Shown here: positions 17,433 to 25,050 of the stretch, piece by piece
Layout: every line of letters begins with the position of its first letter
Position numbering within the stretch: position 1 is the first letter of the stretch
NCBI GenBank assembly: GCA_013697275.1
Contig: JACCXC010000001.1
Span: 1-59,392, forward strand
Reading direction: 5' to 3'
Source of the DNA: Actinomycetota bacterium
GTDB lineage: Bacteria; Actinomycetota; Thermoleophilia; Gaiellales; Gaiellaceae
Length of the DNA stretch: 59,392 nucleotides
Notes under the pieces: model-generated
What the model was told of the DNA's origin: nothing
The model's input: only the letters and a program-made list of their open reading frames with translations
The model's database searches: none
Program-made: the position numbers and the translations under genes

Positions 17433-18620
17433 ATGACGTTCCTCTCGCGCCTGCTCGAGCCGCCCCGTCTGCGGACGATCGAGGAGGACGAGCGCGAGCG
17501 CCACGCGACCTGGCTCGAGCTCTTCTTCGATCTCGTCTTCGTCGTCGCGGTCGCCCAGCTCGGCGAAAGCCTGAGCGAGAACCACGACACCGAGGGCTTC
17601 CTGAAGTTCCTCGCGCTCTTCGTCCCGGTGTGGTGGGCCTGGGCCGGTTTCACCTTCTACGCGAACCGGTTCGACACGGACGACCTCGCCTACCGCCTCC
17701 TGTGCCTGACGGGGATGTTCACGGTGGCCGCCTTCGCCACCAATGTCCACGACGCGTTCACCGGTGGGGCCAACGCCTTTGCCCTCTCGTACGTAGCGAT
17801 CCGGCTCGTGATTCTCGTCCTCTACTCGCGGGCGATCCGCCACGTGGAGCGGGCCCGGCGGCTAGCGATCTGGTACTTCACCGCGTTCTCGCTCGGCGTT
17901 GTCGTCTGGCTCGTCTCCCTCGCGGTCGCAGAGCCGGCCAAATGGCGGCTCTGGGCCCTCGCGCTCACAATCGAGATCTCGGCGCCCCTCGTCGGCTGGC
18001 GACTGATCCCGAAGGCGCCGATCCACCCGACGCATGTGCCCGAGCGGTTCGGGCTCCTGACGATCATCGTGCTGGGCGAGGCGGTCTTTGCCGTCGTGGT
18101 GGGCGTCGCGGGCGCCGAGTGGCAGGCGGAGTCGGCACTCACCGCCGTTGGCGGTTTCCTTGCGGCTGCCGGGATCTGGTGGATCTACTTCGACTTCGTG
18201 GACTCCGAGGCCGTGGTTCAGACTCTGGTCGGCGGGTTGACCTACACGTACTCACACTTGCCCCTCATCGCGGGGATCGTGGCGCTCGGGATCGGCGTCA
18301 AGCTTTCGATCCTCGACACCGCTGGGAAGACGGGGTACGCGGACACCGGCTGGATCCTCTGCGGCGGTCTCGCGCTCACGATGTTCGCGATGGCCGCGAT
18401 CCAGCTGGCCACGCCGCCGACGCTCCTCGATGTGGACGTCTGGCTGCGTCTCGCCACCGGAGCGGCGGCCCTTGTCCTCCTGCCCGTGAGCGGCGAGCTT
18501 TCTCCGCTTGCTCTCGTGTGGATCCTCGCCGGGCTGCTCGTCGCCCAGGTCGTTTTCGAGCTCGTCGGCCACGAAGAACACGTTCTCGACCACACGTTGC
18601 CGGGGAGAGGAACATCGTGA
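17433..18620 (+). CDS. ltrA: LtrA-family (low temperature requirement A) membrane protein
   Basis: 395 aa. The N-terminus ERERHATWLELFFDLVFVVAVAQL..VPVWWAWAGFTFYANRFDTDD is the LtrA signature. About ten TM helices are predicted. Confidence 0.8.
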   Translation: MTFLSRLLEPPRLRTIEEDERERHATWLELFFDLVFVVAVAQLGESLSENHDTEGFLKFLALFVPVWWAWAGFTFYANRFDTDDLAYRLLCLTGMFTVAAFATNVHDAFTGGANAFALSYVAIRLVILVLYSRAIRHVERARRLAIWYFTAFSLGVVVWLVSLAVAEPAKWRLWALALTIEISAPLVGWRLIPKAPIHPTHVPERFGLLTIIVLGEAVFAVVVGVAGAEWQAESALTAVGGFLAAAGIWWIYFDFVDSEAVVQTLVGGLTYTYSHLPLIAGIVALGIGVKLSILDTAGKTGYADTGWILCGGLALTMFAMAAIQLATPPTLLDVDVWLRLATGAAALVLLPVSGELSPLALVWILAGLLVAQVVFELVGHEEHVLDHTLPGRGTS

Positions 18621-19393
18621 ACGACACGGAGCTCCTCACCGCACGCGACGGCGGCGTCCTGACCATCACGCTGAACCGTCCGGACGTTCTGAACGCGCTG
18701 AACAGCGCTGTTCAGGCCGGCCTGGCCGCGGCGCTGAAGGAAGCGCGCGCGCCCGATGTCCGGGCCGTCGTCCTGACCGGGGCGGGCCGCGGGTTCTGCG
18801 TCGGCCAGGATCTCGGCGAGTTCCGCGACGAGGTAGGCGATATCGCGGGGCGACTGCGCTCGACGTACAACCCAAACGTGACGGCGCTTCGGGCGCTCGA
18901 GAAGCCGGTGATCGCGGCCGTCAACGGCCCCGCGGCCGGTGCCGGCCTCTCCCTCGCGTGCGCGTGCGACTTGCGCATTGCGTCCGACCAGGCGTCCTTC
19001 GTCCCCGCCTTCGTGAACATCGGACTCGTCCCGGACACGGGTGGCTCGTGGTCGGTCGGCCGCCTGCTCGGGCCTGCGCGGGCGTTCGAGTGGATGAGCT
19101 CGGGCCGGAAGCTCTCCGCCGCCGAGGCTCAGGCGTGGGGACTGGTGTCCGAGGTCGTCGAGTCCGAGCGCCTGCTCGAGCGGACGATGGAGGTCGCGCA
19201 GAGGTACGCCTCCCTGCCGACCGCCGGGATCGGGATGACGAAGCGCCTGTTCCAGCAGGCGGCAACCTCGACCTTCGAGGAGCAGCTCGAGCTTGAAGCG
19301 CAGCTCCAGGCGGCCGCGACCAGAACCGAGGACTTCAAAGAGGGCGTGGCCGCCTTCCTCGAGAAGCGCGACCCGGATTTCCAGGGGCGCTAG
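18617..19393 (+). CDS. enoyl-CoA hydratase/isomerase, PaaG-like
   Basis: 258 aa from the GTG in a GTGA overlap with the ltrA stop (VNDTELLTARDGGVLTITLNRPDVLNAL..). Motifs are VLTGAGRGFCVGQDL and NGPAAGAGLSLACACDL. The C-terminal EKRDPDFQGR is identical to that of the 16491 paralog. Confidence 0.8.
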   Translation: MNDTELLTARDGGVLTITLNRPDVLNALNSAVQAGLAAALKEARAPDVRAVVLTGAGRGFCVGQDLGEFRDEVGDIAGRLRSTYNPNVTALRALEKPVIAAVNGPAAGAGLSLACACDLRIASDQASFVPAFVNIGLVPDTGGSWSVGRLLGPARAFEWMSSGRKLSAAEAQAWGLVSEVVESERLLERTMEVAQRYASLPTAGIGMTKRLFQQAATSTFEEQLELEAQLQAAATRTEDFKEGVAAFLEKRDPDFQGR

Positions 19394-19842
19394 CTCTCGC
19401 CCTGGGCGCAGGTCTCTAGGCCGAGCTCGCGCGCCAACCGGTCGGCCTCCCGTTCGTTCGCGGCGGCGTCCCGAGCGATCTCCTGCACCCGCACGCGGTC
19501 GCCGGCGCGTGCCGCGTTACCGAGCTCTTCGATGCGCCGGACATTGAGCACGTTGAGCTTCAGCCACTCGTTCACTCGCGCCTGCAGGTCCTCGGGCGGA
19601 CGAAGCTCGCGCAGTTGCGCCACTGCCTCGCGGGCGATCGGGAGGGCTCGCCGGGTCAGCGGTCCGAGCGCGGCGATCGAGCCAGGATCGGGTAGATCGC
19701 CGAGGCGCTTGTCGTAATCGGCGCAGACGGCGTCGGCCCGCTCGACGTACTCGTCCTTCGAGAGCCGGTCGTCGCCGTCCCCTCCACCGGAGCACCCGGC
19801 AAGGACGACGAGGCCGAGGAGGAGGGATGACGCCCGGCGCAT
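19390..19842 (-). CDS. lipoprotein, all-helical, unknown function
   Basis: 150 aa from ATG 19842. The signal peptide plus lipobox is MRRASSLLLGLVVLAGC. The mature part is Ala/Arg/Glu-rich with two further Cys. The gene starts 13 nt downstream of the preceding gene's stop. Confidence 0.65.
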   Translation of the reverse strand: MRRASSLLLGLVVLAGCSGGGDGDDRLSKDEYVERADAVCADYDKRLGDLPDPGSIAALGPLTRRALPIAREAVAQLRELRPPEDLQARVNEWLKLNVLNVRRIEELGNAARAGDRVRVQEIARDAAANEREADRLARELGLETCAQGES

Positions 19843-19855
19843 CGCGGCGCGGACC

Positions 19856-20764
19856 CTACGCGTGTCCGCAGACCGCGCAATGGTGGGTTCCGACGCGACG
19901 CTCCCGGCCGCACGCCGTGCACCCCGCGAGCACTCCGCGTCCGCAGCCCTCGCAGTGGGCCCCGCGGCCGGTTGGGTAGCCGCAGAACGGGCACTCGCTC
20001 CTGCGCACCCGCCGGGATGGAAGCCGGCGCGCGAGGTAGCGCTGGAGCCACCAGAAGGCCGCAAGCGTGACCGCGATCCCGAACAGGGAGAGGACGAGCG
20101 GGCCGAAGTCGAGCGGGTCGACGTAATCCGTGATGTAGTCGCTCGCCAGGACGAAGAGCAGGATCGTCGCCGTCCCGATCAGCGCGAAGGCGACCGGGAG
20201 GTAGCGCGAGCCGCGCCGGCGCAGCCGTCCGAGCAGCAGGATGCCGGCGACGAGCATGGCGGCGCCGAAGAGCGCACGCAGGAGGAAGACGACCAGTGCC
20301 TCGTACTCGAAGCGCTTCTCCACCTCGCCGGACAGCTTGCGCTCCGCCGCTTCCGCCGCCGGTCGCGTCTCGACCACCTCGTCGCGCGCTTGGGCGACCT
20401 CCTCGCCCGAGGACGCAAAGTCGGCTCGTGCGTTCGCGTAGGCCCGCTCGAGGCGGGGAGCCGGCCGTCCGGCGTCGAGCGCTGTCCGGTACTCCTCGCG
20501 TGCAAGCTCGAGCGTGTCCCGTGCCTTCGTCTGCGCGTTCCGGGCGCGCGCGAGTCGCCGCTCGGCCTGCTGGAACGCGCTGAGTGTCTGCTCCTCCTCT
20601 CCCGTCAGGAAGGCCGCCTCCGGATCGGACGGCCCCTGGATCGCGTCGTCGATCTCCTGGTAGGCCCAGATGCTCCCCATGAGCAGGAAGACCGCGAGCA
20701 CGACCGCGAGGAGCTTCTCGCTCTTGGTCGTCTCGATGTCCTCGATCTCAATCCGTGTCGACAC
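19856..20764 (-). CDS. 4-TM membrane protein with a helical extracytoplasmic segment and a C-terminal double zinc ribbon
   Basis: 302 aa. TM1 is LLAVVLAVFLLMGSIWAY, followed by about 110 aa rich in Ala/Glu/Arg. Three more TMs follow. The C-terminal tail reads CPFCGYPTGRGAHCEGCGRGVLAGCTACGRERRVGTHHCAVCG. The GTG start overlaps the XRE gene's end by 17 nt. Confidence 0.7.
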   Translation of the reverse strand: MSTRIEIEDIETTKSEKLLAVVLAVFLLMGSIWAYQEIDDAIQGPSDPEAAFLTGEEEQTLSAFQQAERRLARARNAQTKARDTLELAREEYRTALDAGRPAPRLERAYANARADFASSGEEVAQARDEVVETRPAAEAAERKLSGEVEKRFEYEALVVFLLRALFGAAMLVAGILLLGRLRRRGSRYLPVAFALIGTATILLFVLASDYITDYVDPLDFGPLVLSLFGIAVTLAAFWWLQRYLARRLPSRRVRRSECPFCGYPTGRGAHCEGCGRGVLAGCTACGRERRVGTHHCAVCGHA

Positions 20765-21071
20765 CGCTTGCCTCCTTCCGAAGTCGCGTGCGCGGCCGCA
20801 GCTCGACGGCGAGTTCGCAGTCGAGCGCGTTCGCGATCCGCATGAGCGTGTCGATCCGCGGCGGCCGCCCGCCGCTCTCTAGCCGGGCAATCGCGGACTG
20901 CGTCGTGTCGCAGAGGTCTGCAAGCTCGGCCTGGGAGAGACGGAGCTCCCTCCGCCGTTTCGCGACCTGATCTGCGATCTGCGCGAAGAACCACCCTTCC
21001 TCCGCACCGGACAGACGGCCGCGGAGCCGCTCGAGTGGCTGACCCCGCCGGGATCGATCGCTCGGACTCAT
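20748..21071 (-). CDS. XRE-family helix-turn-helix transcriptional regulator
   Basis: 107 aa. The HTH reads RRELRLSQAELADLCDTTQSAIARLESGGRPPRIDTLMRIANAL. Confidence 0.85.
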   Translation of the reverse strand: MSPSDRSRRGQPLERLRGRLSGAEEGWFFAQIADQVAKRRRELRLSQAELADLCDTTQSAIARLESGGRPPRIDTLMRIANALDCELAVELRPRTRLRKEASGVDTD

Positions 21072-21084
21072 ATTCCCGTTATGC

Positions 21085-21113
21085 TATATAGCACGCCTGA
21101 GATAAAGACGCAA
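21085..21113 (-). promoter_or_regulatory. sigma70-like promoter TTGCGT-17-TATATA for the XRE operon, with the -10 inside the palindrome TGCTATATAGCA
   Basis: Read on the minus strand, the -35 TTGCGT is at 21113..21108, the spacer is 17 nt, and the -10 TATATA is at 21090..21085. The ATG lies 13 nt further downstream. The perfect 12-bp palindrome spans 21082..21093. This is the most AT-rich stretch I saw in the window. Confidence 0.5.
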
Positions 21114-21190
21114 GGTGATCGACGCTCGTCGCCGCGGCGAGCGTTGCCGGGTTGCTCGCGTACGCTGCCGAGCCTGCCCGGCTCGACGGC

Positions 21191-21691
21191 CTAGATCGTC
21201 TTGAACTGCTCGAACGGCTGGCGGCAGTTTCGGCAATAGCGAATCGAGCGACACGCGGTCGGGCCGAAGAGGTTGTCGAGGCGCGTGTCGATCGAGTTGC
21301 AGTACGGGCAGCGGAACGCGCCCGTCTGGAGCTGCACGAGCTGGATCGGCCCGGTGGGGCGCGGGGTCGGCGGCCCGTAGCCGGCCTTACGGAGCTTTTC
21401 CCGGCCCACGGCGCTGATCCGGTCAGTCGACCACCCGTCGTCCGTCACGACGACGACCTCGGGCTCGGCGCCGAGCGCGCGAACGGCATCCGCCATCTGC
21501 GTGCGCATCACGTCGAGCGCCGGGCAGCCGAGGAAGGTCGGGGTGAACTCGACCCGCACCCGCTCGCCGTCCACCTGCACGTCGCGGACGACGCCCAGAT
21601 CGACGACCGAGATGACGGGGATCTCGGGATCGGGCACATCGGCGAGCGCCTCCCAGACCCGCTCGGCCGTAAGGGCAGAAGCGAGGCTCAC
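21191..21691 (-). CDS. paaD: 1,2-phenylacetyl-CoA epoxidase subunit D
   Basis: 166 aa. Motifs are DPEIPVISVVDLGVVRDV and the C-terminal Cys cluster CPYC..C..CRNC. The start overlaps the paaC stop in a GTGA. Confidence 0.85.
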   Translation of the reverse strand: MSLASALTAERVWEALADVPDPEIPVISVVDLGVVRDVQVDGERVRVEFTPTFLGCPALDVMRTQMADAVRALGAEPEVVVVTDDGWSTDRISAVGREKLRKAGYGPPTPRPTGPIQLVQLQTGAFRCPYCNSIDTRLDNLFGPTACRSIRYCRNCRQPFEQFKTI

Positions 21692-22350
21692 CAGGAGCCT
21701 CCGGGTACCGTCCGGCGCACCATCGTCATCTCTTCCCAGAGCGCCGGCCAGTCCTCCACATGCGCGCCGCGCTCGACAGCGGGAACGTCCTCGCGGCCGG
21801 CCGCCTCGCAGAGGATCCGGCGCTGGTCGCCCTCGACGAGGCCGAGCGCGTAGGGCCAGAGCTCGTCCACCGCGGTTGCGAAGCGCTCGCGCGCCGTGCT
21901 GCGCGTCAGACGGTCATGCCACATACCGGCGTGGAGCGCGTGGTAGGCCTCCTCGCGCTCGATCTTGGCGGCGAGCCCCGCGAGCTCGGGCCAGTCGGAG
22001 GCCTTGAGCGAGTCCACCCGGATCGCGTCAGCTGTTTCGTAGAGCCAGCGCCTCGCGACGGATTTGGCCCAGTCGTGCACGAGGTTCAGCTCGACGAGCG
22101 GCGCGCAGCGGTATTCCTCCGGGCGCCGGTCGAAGGCGAGCTCATCGGCAGTGGTATCGAGCTCGGCCGCCGCGAGCTCGTAGAACGCTCGAGCGTGGCC
22201 GATCTCCGTCTGCGCGATGGACGAAAAGGCGACGTCTTCCTCGAGGAAGGGTGCGATGCCGGTCCACTCAGAGTCGCGCCAGCCGAGGACGAGCTCGTCG
22301 TCGGCAAGCTGCAGGAGGAGCTCAGTGCGCGGGGGTGCCTGCGCGCTCAC
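21688..22350 (-). CDS. paaC: 1,2-phenylacetyl-CoA epoxidase subunit C
   Basis: 220 aa. The PaaC pattern is present: LLLQLADDELVLGWRDSEWTG..AFSSIAQTEIGHARAFYEL..EEAYHALHAGMW. Confidence 0.8.
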   Translation of the reverse strand: MSAQAPPRTELLLQLADDELVLGWRDSEWTGIAPFLEEDVAFSSIAQTEIGHARAFYELAAAELDTTADELAFDRRPEEYRCAPLVELNLVHDWAKSVARRWLYETADAIRVDSLKASDWPELAGLAAKIEREEAYHALHAGMWHDRLTRSTARERFATAVDELWPYALGLVEGDQRRILCEAAGREDVPAVERGAHVEDWPALWEEMTMVRRTVPGGSW

Positions 22351-22609
22351 GGGCCTCCTTCAGCTTGACCTTGATCGAGTACCCGTCCACGCGCCGATAG
22401 TCCCGGTCGAAGACGGGCGCGACGTACGGCTCGTCGATCTCGAGCACCGAGTCGCGGGGAACGACCCACAGGGCGAGCGACTCGGCTCGGCGGCCGTAGA
22501 ACTCCTTCGCGTAGGCCTCGGCGAACGCCAGGTCTGGAGCCTCGAGCGAGCCGCCGTGCTGGAAGGGAGCGCCCTCGCGCTCCTGCCGGAAGACCTCCCA
22601 GACGGCCAC
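22322..22609 (-). CDS. paaB: 1,2-phenylacetyl-CoA epoxidase subunit B
   Basis: 95 aa from GTG 22609, which lies 2 nt after the paaA stop. The sequence reads VAVWEVFRQEREGAPFQHGGSLEAPDLAFAEAYAKEFYGRR..SLALWVVP. The longer track ORF is a spurious N-terminal extension into paaA. Confidence 0.8.
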   Translation of the reverse strand: MAVWEVFRQEREGAPFQHGGSLEAPDLAFAEAYAKEFYGRRAESLALWVVPRDSVLEIDEPYVAPVFDRDYRRVDGYSIKVKLKEARERAGTPAH

Positions 22610-22611
22610 GG

Positions 22612-23517
22612 CTACGCCGCGTCGGCGAGGACGACGTCGCGGACCCAGGCGGTCTCTTCGCGGGAGATGCGCCGAAGCTCGAGTCGCTCGGCTGTGCGCG
22701 GCCCGTGGCCGGTCACGACGTGCTTCAGCTCTGTGTAATCGGGCTCCGTGTAGTGCCAGACGCCTGTCTGCTCGTCCTTGCGAAGCTCCGGGTCGGGCTC
22801 CGTGAGGCCGAGCTCCCAGATCTGCGGGACGTAGCCGTCCAGGAACTGCTGGCGCGCGTCCTCGTTCGCCTGGCTCTTGATCCGCCACTCGACCATCGGG
22901 TCATCCTCGGCCGGGATCGGATTGCCGTGGAACATCATGAGCGGCGCCCACCACCGGTCAAGCGCCTCCTGGACGAGCTCGCGCTGCTCCTCGGTGCCCG
23001 TCACCAGCGCGAGCACGACGTCGCGGCCGTGGAGGATGTGGAAGGACTCCTCCCAGCAGATCTTCTTCATGATCCGCGCGTACGGCGCGTAGGAGCACTT
23101 GAGGAGCGCCTTCTGGCTGATGATCGCGGCCGCGTCCACGAGCCAGGCGATCACGCCGACGTCGCCCCACGTCTTTGTCGGGTAGTGGAAGACGTTGTGG
23201 AACTTCGACTTGCCCGCGATCAGGTCCTCGAGCGACTGCTCGCGCGGCTTTCCGAGATCTTCGACCACGCGGTAGATGAGCTGTGCGTGCCCGACCTCGT
23301 CCTGCACTTTCGCGGTCAGCGCGAGCTTCCGCTGGAGGGTTGGCGCGCGGAGAATCCACTCCCGCTCGGGGAGGACGCCCATGAGCTCGGAGTTCCCGTG
23401 CATCTCGATGAACTTGATGAGCTTCGCGCGGTACTCGTCGGGCATCCAGTCATTCGTCTCGACCTGCCCGCCGGCCTGCACGTGCTTCTTGAACTCCTGC
23501 TCCGTCCGCGGCGCCAT
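22612..23517 (-). CDS. paaA: 1,2-phenylacetyl-CoA epoxidase catalytic subunit A
   Basis: 301 aa. Di-iron ferritin-like motifs are present: ..EMHGNSELMGV.., QDEVGHAQLIYR and CWEESFHILHG. Confidence 0.9.
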   Translation of the reverse strand: MAPRTEQEFKKHVQAGGQVETNDWMPDEYRAKLIKFIEMHGNSELMGVLPEREWILRAPTLQRKLALTAKVQDEVGHAQLIYRVVEDLGKPREQSLEDLIAGKSKFHNVFHYPTKTWGDVGVIAWLVDAAAIISQKALLKCSYAPYARIMKKICWEESFHILHGRDVVLALVTGTEEQRELVQEALDRWWAPLMMFHGNPIPAEDDPMVEWRIKSQANEDARQQFLDGYVPQIWELGLTEPDPELRKDEQTGVWHYTEPDYTELKHVVTGHGPRTAERLELRRISREETAWVRDVVLADAA

Positions 23518-23525
23518 TTGCTCCT

Positions 23526-23545
23526 CCTACCGAACGCTCGTTAGG
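23526..23545. promoter_or_regulatory. imperfect 20-bp palindrome CCTACCGAAC|GCTCGTTAGG in the paaA / TetR divergent region (candidate operator)
   Basis: 8 of 10 positions are self-complementary. The palindrome lies inside the 36-nt gap between the paaA ATG (23517) and the inferred TetR start (23554). Confidence 0.35.
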
Positions 23546-23553
23546 CTAGGGAG

Positions 23554-24132
23554 ATTAGCACCCCTCGCCGCCAGGAGCTCTCTCGTCACGCCGCGCGCCT
23601 CTTCGCCGAGAAGGGCTACCACGGCACATCGGTCGGCGACCTCGCGGCGGCCCTGGGAGTTCAGAAAGGCTCGCTCTATGCGCACATCCAGGGCAAGCAG
23701 GAGCTCCTGCACGAGACGATGCGGGAGGGGGCCGAGGCGTTCCATGCGTCACTCGACGCGATCCCTGAGCGACTCCCCGCGACGGAGAAGATCCACCTCG
23801 CGCTGCGGTCCCACTTGGCTCTCGTCGCCGAGCAGCTCGAGGTCGCCACGGTCTTCGTGCAGGAATGGCGCTATCTCGAGGACGAGCGGCGGGGAGAGAT
23901 CGTCGCCGAGCGGCGCCGCTACGAGGAGCGCATCCGCGCGTTCTTCCGGGAGGGCCGCGAGCTGAGCGAGTTTCGCACCGACCTCGACGAGAACGCGGCC
24001 GCCCTGCTCTTCCTCTCGGCCGCGAACTGGGCTTACACGTGGCTTCGGCCCGGGCAGGACACCGGCGCCGTGGCCGACGCCTTCTTCGGGCTGTTCGTAG
24101 ACGGGATGCGCGGCTACGACACCCCCGCCTAG
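23554..24132 (+). CDS. TetR-family transcriptional regulator (PaaR-like by position); no canonical start codon ahead of the HTH
   Basis: The HTH reads [49 protein letters not shown] and is in frame with ORF 23719..24132. An in-frame TAG lies at 23542-23544. No ATG, GTG or TTG occurs before 23719. ATT at 23554 is the only start-like codon, so the 5' boundary is tentative. Confidence 0.6.
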   Translation: [192 protein letters not shown]

Positions 24133-24141
24133 TCTGCGCGC

Positions 24142-25029
24142 GTGGCCAGGGCCACGCTCATCGTCAATCCGCACGCCTCGCGTGTCACACCCGAGCTCGT
24201 AGGAGCCGTCGAGCGTGAGCTCGGGGACGTCGAGACTCTCCTGACCGAGCGGGCGGGGCACGCGACGAGGCTCGCGGCGGCCACCGACTCCGAGCGCGTG
24301 TACGTCTTCTCCGGGGACGGGGGTTACAACGAGGTCGTCAATGGTCTCGAGCAGGAAGCGCTTGTCGGCTTCCTCCCGGGTGGCGGGACGAGCGTCCTGC
24401 CGCGCGCGCTCGGGCTCCCCCGCGACCCCGTTGAGTGCGCCAGGATGCTCGCGCGGACGGTCGAGACCCGCCGGATCTCGCTCGGCCGCGTGAACGGCCG
24501 GCGCTTCACCTTCTCGGCGGGCCTCGGTCTCGACGCCGAGCTCGTCCGCGCGGTCGACCGTCGCGGTAGGACGCGCGGCAGGCGTCCGGGAGACCTGGCG
24601 TTCGCCGCCGAGCTCGCGCGTCTCCTCGCGCACCGGCGCGGCAGCCTCGCACCGTCGCTTACCGTCCTCGGTCGTGGCCGCGCCGCCTTCGCGCTCGTGG
24701 CGAACTGCGACCCCTACACCTACGCCGGTCGCGCCCCGCTGCACGTCGCGCCGGAGGCCCGCTTCGAGCTCGGGCTCGACCTCGTGGCGCCGAAGAGCCT
24801 CACGCCGCTTCGCCTCCCCCGGGCGGCCGTCTCCGTGCTCCTGCGTCCCACGCACACGCGGGCCGGCTGGGTGATCCACGTGCACGACGCCGACGAGCTG
24901 CGGATCGAGTGCGACGGCCCGACGCCGCTTCAGGTCGACGGCGAGGATCTGGGCGACGTTACGGATGCGCATTTCGAGGCGGAGCGCAACGCCTTGGAGG
25001 TGATCGTCGGAGGCTTGCGCCTGTCCTGA
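24142..25029 (+). CDS. diacylglycerol kinase-family lipid kinase (YegS/BmrU-like)
   Basis: 295 aa. Motifs are ATLIVNPHASRV, VFSGDGGYNEVVNGL and LPGGGTSVLPRALG. Confidence 0.8.
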   Translation: MARATLIVNPHASRVTPELVGAVERELGDVETLLTERAGHATRLAAATDSERVYVFSGDGGYNEVVNGLEQEALVGFLPGGGTSVLPRALGLPRDPVECARMLARTVETRRISLGRVNGRRFTFSAGLGLDAELVRAVDRRGRTRGRRPGDLAFAAELARLLAHRRGSLAPSLTVLGRGRAAFALVANCDPYTYAGRAPLHVAPEARFELGLDLVAPKSLTPLRLPRAAVSVLLRPTHTRAGWVIHVHDADELRIECDGPTPLQVDGEDLGDVTDAHFEAERNALEVIVGGLRLS

Positions 25030-25050
25030 ATCGCGGCCGGGGCGACGCGG

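Noticed and set aside
16047-17843. Other long shadow or overprinted ORFs, for example 16047..17843 (-), 28970..30430 (-), 57913..59073 (-), 2015..3523 (+), 41029..41754 (-) and 54740..55483 (-).
   Set aside because: Each overlaps a gene with strong homology-type evidence, in another frame or on the other strand. Each has the same Arg/Pro/Gly-rich composition, and none shows a domain signature.
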